NCBI GenBank assembly: GCA_012295275.1 | Contig: CM022665.1 | Location: forward strand, 25,730,001-25,794,000 | DNA from: Chrysomallon squamiferum | Lineage: Eukaryota; Animalia; Mollusca | Length of the DNA stretch: 64,000 nt | Reading direction: 5' to 3' | Shown: in pieces, positions 43,452 to 58,268 of the stretch | How positions within the stretch are numbered: the stretch's first letter is position 1 | Layout of the letters: the number at the start of each line of letters is the position of its first letter | Notes under the pieces: generated by a model | What the model saw: only the letters and a program-made list of their open reading frames with translations | What the model was told of the DNA's origin: nothing | Database searches by the model: none | Program-made: the position numbers and the translations under genes

Positions 43452-46421
43452 ATAATAATAAAAAATAATTATGTTGAATTTAACAAAAAGGTGACAAATA
43501 TTATTCTTTTGTGTTATCTGAACACGGATTTACCAAAAAAAAACCAAAAAAAAAAAAAAAAATGAAGAAAGGGGAAAAAAATGAAAGAAGAAAAATCAAA
43601 CAGTGCTGTACTTTTAAAAAAAAAAAAAAAGTAACAACCCAGAAACTTTCTTTTTACTTTTCGATTTATTGTGTTATTTCCAGCTGGAAAGGAATTTTCA
43701 TAGGAGTGCCACAGTACTGCTGTGATGGTGATCAGAAGTCATGTTTATTACTGTATTAAATAAAGAGTAAATGAAAACATGTTTAACAACAGCAGAAAAT
43801 TGTATCTAACTGTAGTTACACATCAAGTCATTAACAAGAGAAGAACTAAACCCAAGCAGGCTTGGAATTTAATCAGTGATGTCAAGATGTGTTAACAAAG
43901 TCTGGGAAAGATCATCATGTATCTCAGCACATTTGTTACCTTTTGAAGTAGACATCTTACAAGTCAGATAACTAAAACAAATTCAACTCCTAGACTTAAG
44001 TATTATGAAGGCCAACATAATTTCTGGTCAGCTTTAATACTGGGGCATGCATCTTTTTAGATGTGCATTCCTTCACCATAATCTACAGTACAATACTGAG
44101 GATTTTTATTATTATTTTTATTTTGTTCAGTCATTTATTTTTAAATGACTCAAAATAATTATTAGAATGAAGCCTGACAGTTTCTTTTTCTCTCCCCACC
44201 TGTGAACATTTGTGCATTTAACTTTTGCTGTTTTAAGTTGACTATCATAAAAAAGAGATATTTTATAATTTTCTATGTGCACACATAAAATGAAAATGGA
44301 TGAAATGGTTATAATGAATTTGTGACTTCTCATTGTAAAGAAGAAAATGTCAAAAGTACATTATCATTATTATTTAATTTTTTCAGTTGTTTGTAAATGA
44401 ATATGCAATTGGTTAAAAATCAGGATAGTATGTTGTAACCTTGAAGCCAGTAATTAAGACAAAACTTTATAATTTTTAAAATTGCAAATGTTTGGTGAAA
44501 ATTGTTTTGTTATTCTGCACCAAATTCAGTAGTGTATTTTGTTATTGAAGCTAGGACAATATTAATAAAGGGTACACCTTAACAATGGTCCCATGTACAA
44601 TGAGTTATGCAGCAATTAATTACAGTTATATGCAGTTATTGTCAGACATATTTAGCAAGTGCATTACACAAACAGTTGTCACTGATGAACATTTTATAGC
44701 AGATAGGACATTGTTCCAAGCTCACCAGAAGTGCAATACAGTTATTCTGCAGACTTGGCAAATTATTAAGAAAAAAATTAAAAGTTAAGAAAGGGAGAGA
44801 GAAAATTATGAAATCTGTTTTATGATTATGAATGAACTTGATTGAATGTTTATTTTTGTTGTTTTCTTTTTTTAATAAAGATTTTGGAATTTTTATTTTA
44901 TGCATGCATTGTGAGAGTAATAAAAATTTGAGAGTAAAAAAAGAACTGCAGTATCATAACTTTTTTTTTTTTTTTTAGTTATTAATTCAGGATTCTCTTT
45001 GTATTTTGTGCCTGTTGTTGTCTGTGCAAGTAACAGTACTGTGAACCAGTGTTACACAAGTGGACAGTTTTAATGTCATTATTTGAATTTAAAATATACT
45101 TATAAAGGTACAAATATATTAGCTTTTGTCTTTATAAAAAGTCAATATTTATTACTGGACTGATATCCCTTTTATGGTATGAGGAAAAAAATTCATTAGA
45201 CTAAATTGCTTTATAGTAATTTAATCAATTGCTTTAACCAATTTTTAACTAAGCTTGTAACTGATACATGAAAATGTATTTAAATATTAAAAGATTTAAC
45301 ATTCTTGAAAGCTAACATTTAATGGCAATTAAGGTTGTGTCATCAGATAATTCTTAATCTTGATCATGAACCAAGTTTTATTGTCGACATCAGTAAGTTG
45401 TAAGTGCATCTTAACTGTGATGTCAAATAGTTGTATACAGCTTTATATTACAAAAATATAATGTTCTGGTAATTTTAGTCTTGTTGTGAAAAAAGAAAAT
45501 AATAAAAATAAAAGTTAACACATGTGTCTTTGAATCTTATTTACATACTTTAATGTAAGCAATTTATTTTGGTAACAAAATTGTGCTATGTTACTTTCCT
45601 AAAAGATGGGTTTTATCAATTGCAGCTATTATTTCTTGTAAAATATAGTGATTACAATTTTAAAAAAAATCATTTTAATTTACTGTAAGATAAGATATAA
45701 GCAATTTTTCAAGTTGGGGAAACATTCCTGTAAGTCTCCATTCTCAAAACAAAATCATTGTTTTTGGTCCTTGAAGGCTGTTTCAGGAATGGAGAATTAT
45801 TCAGACAACCAAATGCCAAGAGAGCTTGTAAAACAGATTTTAAAAATAAAAAACCTCTCGATTTCATGTAGAAAAAGAAAACTTTTAGCCAGAATATTTT
45901 TTTTTAAATGTTTTTATTATTATTTTTATGTTAGGTGTGAAAGAAGAGTGATCGTGTGTGCGTGCGTGCGTGCGTGCATACATGCAGCATGTATGATGAA
46001 ATGTAAAATGTAATATTCAGTACAAACTACTGGAATGTTAAGTCATCTGCAGCTTCCTCCAGTGACCCCCAAAGTATATAGATATTTAATTATGTATATG
46101 TCATGCCTCATTCTGTAGTAATAAATTTAAAAAAAACAACAACAAAAAAAACAAACAATAATAAACAAATGTGGGGAAAAATAAAATCAAGTATAAAATA
46201 ATTTTATTGCGTTTTTGTTGTTCTTTTTTTTTTATCACATACATGTATATGTGTGTAAATATATAAAATTAATATATATAAAAAAAAAAAATTATTTACT
46301 GACATTTTACAAATGTTAGTTGAATTAAAATTTACTAAAAGTTATTTATTACAAGTTCTTAAGAGATTAGGTGAAGTAAATAGACTCCTCTGATCTTTAT
46401 GTACATTTCCAGCAAAATGCA

Positions 46422-49400
46422 TTAACTTGTCAAGCTTGGTGGCCAGTCAATATTCACAGACTGTAAAAGAAAAATATTTAACAGTGATGATAATTTAAAA
46501 AAAAAAACCAAAAACATTTAAGTATAGTTATGATCAGCATTCACTCTTCAAAATGTCCACTTAATGGAATTTATCTTTTCTATAAGTGTGAAAATGATTA
46601 AACTGAATACTCCTATCTAAATTCAAACAGGACGAAAAATATGTTGAAAAATAAGTGAGTTTTTATTTGCCTTTGAACAGAATTTAATTATGTTTATAAA
46701 ATATTTTATTTAAAGTAATAATAATTGTTAATAATTTTTAATACATTTTCAGTTTACTAAATAATAATAAGTACCTCAACATCAAGCTGCATAATGTCAC
46801 ATTCTGTTCCAAGTAAGACTGACAAATGTGGTTGAGTTCGGCCAAAGTCACCATGAACAAATTCTTTAATATATCTTGTACTGAATCAAGGAACAAACTT
46901 TATTGTGATTCTTGATGACTGTACTAGTCTTTCAGTTTATCAAATATTTTATTAAAATTTACTTCCTCTACAGGTATTGTATAATGTTTTATGAAATCAC
47001 AAATTTTCTGTAATGTAACTAGATTAAGAAAATAAAATGGTATAAAATGAATTTGAGTTAAATAAAGGATACGTTCCTGCTTGTGTCCACATGTACAGTT
47101 TAAATCTGTGATCATCTATGTTTTCTGTTCGCATTTCGTGGATAATTCTCTCTCTCACTGCCAGAGGACGCCTTGGATGTAATTTTTTTTAAATGTTAAA
47201 ACAGTAAATCTATGCACAAAAATTACTGTTGTCATTAAATTTTAAATGAAAAATAGAGATTTATTTTTAGATGCTCGTGATAAATGAAATTTTATTTTCT
47301 CATCTCTTACAAGCAGTAATAAAATTACACCATATTCTTGTGTTTATTAATTAGCTAAATTAAATAACATTTATATTATATATAAATACTTATTCATTAG
47401 ATAAATGTTTAATGTTGGCTGCTCTGGTTAACTGTCAATAAAACATTTTTGAAAGAAGAATTTTTATTCTGATCATTTTATTTAGTGACTTGAAGACAAA
47501 ATCTGAAATTGTGTTAGTACCTGTGTAACACTCTGATAGGAGTCTTCTGTTTAAGAACAAGATTCTACAAAAGAATGAGAAAATTTTAACTGAAAATAAA
47601 AAAAATTAGAAATAAAATAATAATAATAATAATACTTTATGTTAGAATCTTTAAATTGTTTATAATATGAAAATTACCACGGGCAAAAAACCCACAAAAC
47701 AACAAACAAAACATGTCATAAAAAAAAGAGAGTGTCCATAACATTTTAAACACAGTTTTATCACAAATCCATGTAAATTGTACATGAAATTTAGTAATTA
47801 TGTATGGTAAATAAATAAATACAAAGATTGGAAACAGTATGATTCTCAGTGTTTAAATCAATACCAAGGAATGAACTATCAAAAACACAGAGAGAAATCA
47901 ATCAATCAAAATCAATGTCTCTCTGTGTGTGTCTCTCCTTACCCCTCTCTTTCTCTTTCATGGCAAAATAGTAATGTATCTTTTTATGAAGATAAAGATA
48001 TATACACTGAACAATATAAATTGATAACAACCTTTATATCATGTAGTTTGTTGAGATCATCTTGACTGAGAGGTTTCTCTGAACAGCACAGTGCACAGTA
48101 AGATTTTGTTTTCTCAATCTCTCCTTCTTTGAGATTTACTGTCTCTTCTCTACAAATACATATAAAAAAAAAAAAAAGCTTTCACATTTTTTTATACCAA
48201 AAGGTCTTGTTTTAATTGTAATAATTAAATTTAATAATAATAATAATACAACAACAGTAAGAAATAACGCTATCAATATCAGATATATTATTGGCTATAC
48301 TATTGTAAAAAGAATTATTTTAAGTTATTTTATCCTGCTGTTGAAGGTAGATAATTTATAAAGAAACTGATGCTCATAAAATTATGGGAATAATCAATTT
48401 AATTATTATTGAATTTTAATTAGTAAATATCATATTTATGTTTGTTACCTTGATACTATCTGTAAATCTCTAACAGCTACATCTTTGGTTGACTGATTAA
48501 TTTTCTGAAGAAAAAAAACAAACAAACATTAAAACATTTATAAATTATAACAGCTGCAAACTTTAACAGGAAAAGAGAAAAAAAAAAGAAAAACAAATCA
48601 ACTTTTAATCAAAATTCTCTTACAATTTTTATGTTACATTTCATTTCAGATCAGTCTTATCCTGCACTATACTCACTTCATTCAGAAAATATCTTAATCA
48701 GCACTTCTTCAATTATCAGTACAAAAAAAAAAAGACTAAATCTTACATCTTGAATAGATTTCAGTTCTTCCTGCGTAAACCTCACAACATGGGGATTCAC
48801 CAGTTCAATGACAAATGGTCGACCTATTACAAAATTTATGAATTACTTTAATGTTGTAATATTATATGTATCATTATATGTATAAATAAAAAATATCGAA
48901 TCTGTTCACCTATAACAAATGAAAAGTTAAAAGAGAAATTAATTTCTTTGATTTCCTTGTCTTTATATGAATATTAAAATAACTATCACTTTAATATCAT
49001 TGTTATAAAAAATTAAATAAAAAAAAGTGTTTCAAACATGACAATTTCTGAAATGTAGAGACCATATTATTATTGGCTGATCCCTCACTGTGTAAACAGA
49101 ATGCTGTTTAAACCAAACTAGATGTATTTAAAACTTTACTATAACAGCTCATACTTAATAAATAAATGTAATACTTAAAAATGTTTTATCTATGAAAGTT
49201 GTAAAAACCCAGTTTGAAAATATTTACATATAAGGTTGTAATCAAGTAATTTAATGATAACACAAGTGTGTTTAGTTATTTAAATGCTGAGATAATTAAA
49301 ACAGAAATAATTTTAAACAACAAAAGAAAAAAGCTTTTGTTCAGTTTAAACAATGTTTCTGAAAATGTCTTAAGAGATAATGGATAATTTGGTGAAAATC

Positions 49401-52400
49401 TATCTGAACATTACCTGTTCCCAACATTCTTACATCAACATCCTCTCTACCAGAAGCAGAGAATTTGTGATCTGAAATATAATCAAATAAAGTAACACAA
49501 ACAAAATATATTTGACATTTTTCTGATATCTAGATATAAACTTCACTATAGCATTTTATTCTTTAAAACACTAGTTCCAGTTACAGATCTGAATTAAAAT
49601 CCATCTGTAATGACAAGATCATAATTCTAAATTCATTATGGGAAGGTAGATACAAAAATTCATCTTGCCACTACTTATGATAAAAGCAGTTTATGGAGTA
49701 CCAGCCACAGATGTGCTATCTCTATTGTGGATATTTAAAAATTACATTTATATTATCTTCAGACGAGTTTATCAGAAGCAAACCAATCAACAGCAGATCT
49801 GTAGTTTTGAAAAATAATAGAACAAAACAAGATGAAACTTAAGATAGTATAACTTTGTAATGCCTTTTTCAACATCTAAAACTTAAAATATGTTAAGCTT
49901 TACAGTCTTACTGATTTCATACTTGTCTTTTTTTTCTCTTCTTTTTTGTAGAACACACACTAATTACATCTAATTCCAACTGACTGATAAATTCCATGTT
50001 TTTTAAGGATGTATAAAATGATACCTGTGAGAAATGAAATCCAAATCACCTGTAGGTTTGAATCTGTCTAGAATCTTTTCACAAATGAGTTCTTGAACTG
50101 AGGACTCTGACTTTCTGCCACCGTCAACAATCCAAGGTGTCTGACTCAAAGTGCGACTGAATTTTTGATATCTCCCTGTAAACAATAATAACAATAATAA
50201 CAACAATAATGATGATGATGAAATAAAACACATTCAAACCATACTTAGGTAGACAGAACTTGTTCTTAAATTATAATATATATATATATTTTTTTTAAAT
50301 CAACAAAGCAAAATAAATAAAAATTATTTTTAACAGGTCTGTACAGAAAGATTAAACTTCTCATTTATACAAGTTGGAAAATATATTTAATTCTGTTTTA
50401 CAAATATTTAAGTTATGTGCCGATTATTTTTGCTTTTGATCTGTTGTAATGTGTAGCCTACAGTTAAAACAGAAATAACTGTTTATTGTGTTCTTTATAA
50501 TTAATTCTCCCACTGCCACTTTTCATAAAGGTTTGAAAAATGTTTTGTTGTAATGGTGCAAAGTTTTTTTAAATGTATAACTGAATTTGTATGATATGAT
50601 GAAATATTCCAGTTTACATTGATACCCAGAGTAAGCAAGAGTTATGGTTCTTGACTGGAACATGCACCACATAATTCAAACATCAACTTTCCTTAATTAA
50701 TGTCAGTGAGATTTATGGACTGCAAATTGTTTTACAAATTAACTATGTAAACTGGTCAACTTTTTCTAAAATCGTATCAGTTCATTTGGTCTTTGGGAAC
50801 ATGAAAACAATTTTGTAATGCCTTCCCGATGCAAATGATTCCAAAGCAAGCACATTTTTATCTGATGTAAAAAAATATTATATGGAAGTCATGTAAATAA
50901 TTTCTTAGAATCTGAAGAAAGAAAGAAAGAAAGTATAACAACAACAATAAATAAATAAATAAATAAATAAATAAATAGAAAAAAACGGAATAAAAAGATT
51001 TTTCTTTATTCTTAAAATTGGAAATATTTGCATTCGCTTATTGATACCTTGAGGATATTCTATGCTGCTTATGAGTGCATGTTCACATTCTGAAGTACAA
51101 CTTACAACAGTGACTAAATGAATATTTATATTAGTTACATTAGATGACTATATTTATTTTAAAATAATAATAATAATAATAATAATGTTTGCTTTATTCA
51201 TTTATTTTTCTGTTCTAACACCAATTTATAGAAATAGGTTAAAAAAAAAGCATAACTCTTTCGAATAGCTTTAGAAAGCTTTCTAAAAACTGAATTAATA
51301 TTTGTATTAAGCTATAGATAGATAGATATTTTTTGTGTGTGCATGTTTGTGTGGAGAAAAGTATTCATAATTATTTTTATTTTATTTATTTTTATTTTTG
51401 CTAATATTTATTTAAAGAAACGGGAATTGACTAGATCCACGATTAAGAAAGTGTAATGACTGAATATTATTTAGTTTTATGTCAGACAGATTTTAACAAT
51501 TAAATTAATATTTGTATAGTTCAGGTTGTTGATGACTGCAAGAAAAAGACAAACGAAAACATTAAAAGCACAATGTTAAAAGCAAATCATATATTTTGAA
51601 AAATTATTTTAACAATACAGATGGTTTAATATTTTAGTTATTTTTATCTTTTTTCAGTGATAAGGAAAATTATTTAGACTATATTTAGACTGTGTGTGTG
51701 TGTGTGTGTGTTTGTGTGTGTGTGATAAATATGTTTTAGTGCTATATTATAGTATTAAATTTTAAGAGGAAAACATTTTGAAGAAAGAAACACAACTTTA
51801 TGGCAAATTCATTGCAGCTGCCAAGGATTAGGATACTTTCTTTGATGTCTGCACACACTCAGTATATAAACAACATCAAAAAGCTGATGTCAATTTCGAG
51901 AAGCTGGGATGGGGGTTCCTCCATAAGCCAAAATTTTCAATTTGTTTTGGAATGTGGAGGTGGCTTAAATATTTGAACATGACAGACAGTCCTTCATTAT
52001 TCCTCACCATGCCCCAAAGCTCACTGGGAAGCTGCTCTGTACCTTGAATGAAGCTACAGTTAGTTACTTGGTGAGTGATGACGCCCCCCCACTTGAAGAA
52101 TGGATAATACAGAACTCATACTTGAAAAATATATTCACCAAAGGTAGAGAACAATATTTAAGAAAATCAAATATGGTTAATTTGAGCTAGAAATCCCTAA
52201 GAATGAATTGTAAAAATTTCAAAAAAACAACAATAAAATGAAATTCATTAAATTGCAAATTGTCCAGATAATAATAATAATTATTATTTAAATTGTTTTT
52301 TATTTATAGTTAAATTTCAAAAAGTATGAGCTACTGATGCAAAACACACACACACACAGAAAGGTATATGGGCATGATTAACTTTACTAAATATCAAAAT

Positions 52401-53774
52401 ATTAAATTTTAAAATTACCTTTATTTGGTGATTTTCAAAACAGATTTACATGCATGTCTCAATAAAAACAAAAAATTTGGGATAACTTTTATCTGACTGC
52501 TGTTATTTATTTTTATTTATTTATTTATTTTTGTTGTTGTTTAACAATATTATGAAAAACATTTTGCTCCTTTCCAGCAGCTGGCATAGTTATAACTTGA
52601 TGGCATAAAAGGTAGAGTGGTTTGCTGGATAAGTTTTTTCTGATATTGTTCAGATTATTGTTTTTAGTGTTTGTTTGTGTGTGTGAATGATTATTCATTT
52701 GTAGCCCCTGCAATATACTTTAAGCATTTAATTCAGTTATATATCACATTTAAGGTAATCCTCACCAAATTATTAAAATGTTTCTATCTCTTAACTCATT
52801 TCTTCTGATATTGTTTAACCAGTGTATGAAGAAACAGTTATTGAAAACTTCATTGAAATTGTTCCTGATGAAAGCATAAACCATGATATTTACATTGAAC
52901 TGCTCAGACTAAAATGTAAGGAAAATGTTTAACAACTTCCAGCAAAGGAAAATACATCAGTTGGTATTCCAGTGTGGCTTGATAATGAAATAATTCTTGT
53001 TCTGGATAAAAAAAAAAACTCTTACCAGCTAAATATACTGCTTCATGGCAACAAGATATTTCATAACGACAGATGCTGTCTGGTACTGAGGGTGGGCACT
53101 GAAAAAAGCTAAAAAAAAGATTATATATATAATTATTAATGTGCAGAAAAACTATTTAAATTGTTTTATTTTAACATGCATATTTTTTTTTTTCATTATT
53201 TTTAACCACCGAAAAAGAGATGAAATGTGACTTATATTTTGATGTTTAACTTGAAATTAAAAAACCCACATAATTTGAAAACTTATATATAAACATGATA
53301 AAGAAACGGATAACAAATCAAATGCAAACATATGAAATAACAATAATATTTAGAAATGACAACAAATTTTATCTCATAATGTTATCTAAATAATGTCCAT
53401 TAAGTTATAAACTAAAGGAAATTTATATTTTAATTAATAGCAACTTATAATTAAAAAATTAAAACCAAAACTAGTCATTTTGCTTACTTATATAAAGAAC
53501 AGGTATTTATAAAATGTTATTATATATTAGGGTTCTCTACAATGAATATTTAAAGACACCCCCCCCCACCAGAAAACAAACCAAGGATGAGTAAACAGAA
53601 AATGAAAATGAATAATCTTTAAATGTTTTGTTTTTTTAAAGATACCTTTTAAATTTCTCTTCATCCATTTGTGATAATGCTTTGGCAACACTTGCTCTGG
53701 TAAAAGTTTCATAACCATACTAAATTAATATAAAACAGATTCAGAATATCAAAAATAAATACTTAAAAATGATA

Positions 53775-53818
<44 letters not shown>

Positions 53819-55747
53819 AACGGTAATTACAAACAATGAAGAAAGAAAATATACAAAGCCATAGGAAAACTGTTTAAAAGTTATTTATAATTAAATAATT
53901 ATTCCATTTTATAAAATGTAAGAAACTAATTCCAAAAACAAACAAACAAGCAAACAATAAATGCTTAAGAAGTGTTAATATGAAAAAAATGATCAGCAAA
54001 TTCAAGCTAATCTCAAAACATCCATGAAATCTATGAGAAATGTGTATATGTTAATGGCCAACATATTTTTTAAACTGTAAAAATATAACAAGTCTTGTAT
54101 TATATGCTATATTATATATATGCAATATATCTCATTTGTCTGTCGTAATTATAATGGCTATGGAGATATATTTTGTTTAAATTACCCTTTTGCATTTTCT
54201 TTTTCTAAAAACATCTGGCTGAGCATTTAATCTAAAAAAAAAAATGAAAAAGGAAGGAATGAGTAATTAATCATTTGAAAAATGCAGATTAAAAATTTTT
54301 TAATTGCTTATGATGATACAAGTTAAGTGTTAATTTCCATCATGGAATAGATTTAAAGAAATAAATACTGGAATCTTTAATCCTGAAAGTTTTATAATCA
54401 AAATATTCTTTGTATTATACACATACAGAGGTAACCTGCTATGATAATTTTATAATCTGACATACTGAATAACAGATGTCTTAGTCTCTGACAGATAAGG
54501 GGTATATATATATTTTTTTTTTTTTCCTTTGTTACCAAAGTTAAAAAGTAAATATAAATAAATCTTTAAAAAATTGGGAATCTAAACTTACTAAACAATA
54601 TTCACAAAAAACACACTTACAAAAATCCACATTCATTATCAGAGTTATCATAGATAAAGGAAATGCATATTTCAAAGTCACTCTGAAATTGAACAAAATA
54701 TTTATATTTAAATAAAATAAAAATATTTTAGCTGTAAGACTTGCAGCACAAATGTGTGTAATTACTTCTGACTGTATGACAAATGTTAAAAATAATCTAT
54801 ATTTTTCAAGACTGCATTTGTATCTGTTGATCTTTCCACCATTAACAATATTTGAATGCATATATGGAAATAGTTGTGAAATTTAAAAATGTTTTTAATG
54901 TAGCATCTTACTCTTACCACCATTAAGCAACAAACATATAACTGACACCTATATTCCTATTAATAATATTCCTACAAGTATTTAAAATATCTTCAAGGTA
55001 CTGTTAAACATTCACTCATTCATTTAATTATATGAACAGGTTTAGAAATCACAAATGAATTAAACAATGATTACAGGCAATTTTTTAACATTTAATTTTT
55101 ATTAAATTATTGTAAAATATATGTTTTGTATGACAGAAACCTTCTGCTGAAAGTCGGTGCCTAGCAACACAGCCAGTTCTGGTCCAGCAAACCATTTCCA
55201 CACATCTTTGATTGAAGCAATCTCATCCTCCACAACAGATTTGTAAATCTCACTGACAAATGCCAATTAAATAAAATGTTATGCTAATTACTGTCAAATG
55301 CTTTGACATGAATACATTTTGGGAAAGGTAAAGATAATGAAATTGCTTCTGGCAGAGCAGAATAAAACAAAAAAGGCATTTATTAATTTAAGATCTATTG
55401 GTAATTTATAAAGCAAAAGGGCTGTTTATAATTTAAACCATAAAAAATAAACTTTGATAAAGTCTATATTTATTAAATATTGGACACTGGCAGAAATTCA
55501 GTTACCAAGGAATTATCACTAAACCTGTCTTTCTTAGCACACTTGTTAAGTTATTTTCAATTACAGCCAATGCATAACAACCAATTATTGAAGATTATGA
55601 TGTGCACTTTGTTGCTTATGAGAAAGTATATATATTTTTATGAACTCCCTCCCCATTTTCAAAAATCAGTGAACTTTTGTTTTGACACCACAACATACTT
55701 TATTATTAACAGTTACTAGGTGTCCTAATGTTTATATTTTATAAGTA

Positions 55748-55806
<59 letters not shown>

Positions 55807-55877
55807 CACCACATACTTTATTATTAACAGTTACTATGTGTCCTAATGTTTATATATTTTATAAGTATGTGTGTGTG

Positions 55878-55910
<33 letters not shown>

Positions 55911-57337
55911 TTACAAAAGTTCATTGATTTTTGAAAATGGGGAGGGGTTTCATAAAAATGTTCCTGTTACTATTACTACTAAATCTAATACTGCACACAA
56001 CTTTGGGCAATTATTAATGATGAATATTTTACAAACACCATCTCAGAAAAAGTGTTTGATACCCAAGATGAGAGACAAATGTGTGTGTGTGATCTGTTTA
56101 TCAACTGTATTTATTTTACAGCAAAATGTGCAACAAATATTATTCAATGATATATTAAACAAGCTGTACAAAACAGCAAAGAAAAAAAACAAAAAACTCA
56201 CCTGAATTCTGTCTTAAGATGTATAAATATTGCATGCTGAAATAATTTAAAAAAAAAAAAACACATCATAAAACAAAAGAACTGACAGCATAATTTCAAA
56301 GAAAATTAAAAGTAAAGAATATCTGAGGAATGTAGTTGAATGATTATTAAAATTTAAAACAGTGATTATTACACAGATGATTTGTGTGGCTGATTTAACT
56401 AGATGTTTCATTTCTGGGTTTAAAATCAGACAACTGTACCTGTCGTGGAAGGGTACATACTGGGACCATCAGAGAACAGAGATAGTCAGTAAACTGGTAA
56501 CCTTCATCATCCACCTCTTCTTTTATCTAAAAAAAAAAATATATATATATATTTTTAATAAATTACTAAAATAAATCTTTAATTAACCACCATTTTAATG
56601 ATCAGTGAGGGCTAACCATGATTGTTGTGAAATTATCGAATTTTAGTGGAAAAACAGTTGTATGATTTCATATTCTTAATGTAAAAAAACTAGCAAGGAA
56701 TTTGATGAATCTCGCATCTTCTTACATGTACTCATGTCATACTAACTTACTACTGCTAGAAAAAGGAAACTGCATAAAAAAAAAATGCACACCAAGATGG
56801 ATGGGTTCAAATACAAACTTTACCATCCAGCTGCTGAACTCTGCCATACAATCAGAAAGTAAAGGAATAAATGTTTAACAAAATTCATATATAAATAATA
56901 AATGTTTAGCTAAGAACTGCAAAATGTGAAATTATTACCAAATATATATATTCACAAAATCATGTATAAAATGGAATTGTTTGTGTTTGAATTTTGATAA
57001 ACATATGTCTGATATAGTATAAAACAGAAACAAAACAATTTACCTTTATGAAGAATTCTTTACAAGAAAAGTCCTGAAGAATGCCAAGACAAGCAGGACA
57101 TGGTTTATTCTTTCCGTTAAAGCTGAAACTGTTTTCACTGCCACACAAACGTCTCACTACCTCTGAGGCTTGCTTTTATTGATTAAGTAAACAAATTTTT
57201 GAAATAATTGTTTTGTATTAAAAATTTAATTATAAACAGGAAACCAAAAAATCAATTCAGTATTATTCTTTTGCATATTATTATATCAAAATAAAGGATC
57301 TAATAAAATATTACTATCATATTCTTTTTTATATGTT

Positions 57338-57384
<47 letters not shown>

Positions 57385-57947
57385 TTTTAAAGTAAATTGG
57401 GTCAAAATTCTAATTCATAAACTATCAGTTGAGTTGATGTTACACTTTTACAGTTATGTTTATCAAATGTAAAAATGATCTGATGATCTTAACTAACCTC
57501 TGTTGTCTTCTTGTATATAAAAGATCTTTTTTCACCCATGAATCGAAGCACACATCTTGGACAGCAACCAGTGGTAACCAGTGATACAACAACTGACTGG
57601 ATTTCAGAAGAAGATGATGTGACAAGCTCCAACTATTTAAAACAACATCGCAAATGTGAGAGCAAATAAATAAATAAATAGCATTCTTGTCATTTTGTGA
57701 CATACAATTACAGTAAAATGTGATTAGTCTATTTCCTATTATACCTGTTTTTAAACATATGTGTCTGACAATATAAAAGTAAACAGCAGAAGCAGCTTAT
57801 TGTTTATTTATTTGTTGTTTATTTATTTATATTTTGTCCTTTATTTTTTAAATTTATTTATTATTTTTAATATTTATGTTCAAGCAAGGATGAACGATTG
57901 AAACTTTCCTCCGCAAATTCCACCAAAACCCACTAGCAAAATTTTTA

Positions 57948-57981
<34 letters not shown>

Positions 57982-58268
57982 AATTAACGAGTAAGACGAA
58001 TCTCTATTTGATAAACTGCAATGTATACGAAATTTTAATCATATCGGAAATAGATGCATTGGCAATACAATTAATGAATTAATTATAATCATTAGTGCAT
58101 TTTGCGGGTTACTTTGCAGTGTTACAAAACAGGTTTTAATTACACAGCGCTAGAGCCAGAGACGTATAATTTAAAATAATAAAGAGAAAACTACATACGG
58201 TTGCAAGAAACATAAAAAAAAAAAAAAAAAACCCAATATAAACTCACGTCTTCCATGGGGGCAGCCAT
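46422..58268 (-). CDS. PUS10: tRNA pseudouridine synthase Pus10, ~499 aa. Exons 58268-58248, 57632-57498, 57172-57044, 56526-56440, 56236-56202, 55252-55141, 54682-54621, 54231-54186, 53719-53646, 53108-53026, 50175-50050, 49471-49415, 48823-48747, 48504-48449, 48149-48032, 47564-47521, 47171-47073, 46874-46775, 46460-46422
   Basis: Zn-site CPRC and CPAC pairs, AGRYQKFSRTLSQTPW, catalytic FSASGREDVDVRMLGTGRPFVIELVNP, QKTPIRVLHRRPLAVR, TQAGTYIKEFVHGDFGRT and IDWPP C-terminus. Phases are consistent over 1500 nt. Confidence 0.96.
46875..47072 (-). other. U12-type (minor spliceosome) GT-AG intron in PUS10
   Basis: 5' site GTATCCTTT (47072-47064). Branch point TTCCTTGATT (46893-46884) lies just upstream of the AG, with no polypyrimidine tract between them. 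The intron splits the conserved TQAGT|YIKEF motif. Confidence 0.93.
55634..55959. repeat. 47-bp inverted repeat pair enclosing a tandem duplication with GT/TA/CA microsatellites (PUS10 intron)
   Basis: 55634-55680 versus 55913-55959 are 44/47 complementary. The interior has two copies of CACCAC..ACATACTTTATTATTAACAGTTACTA(G/T)GTGTCCTAATGTTTATA..TTTTATAAGTATGTGTG. Confidence 0.9.
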
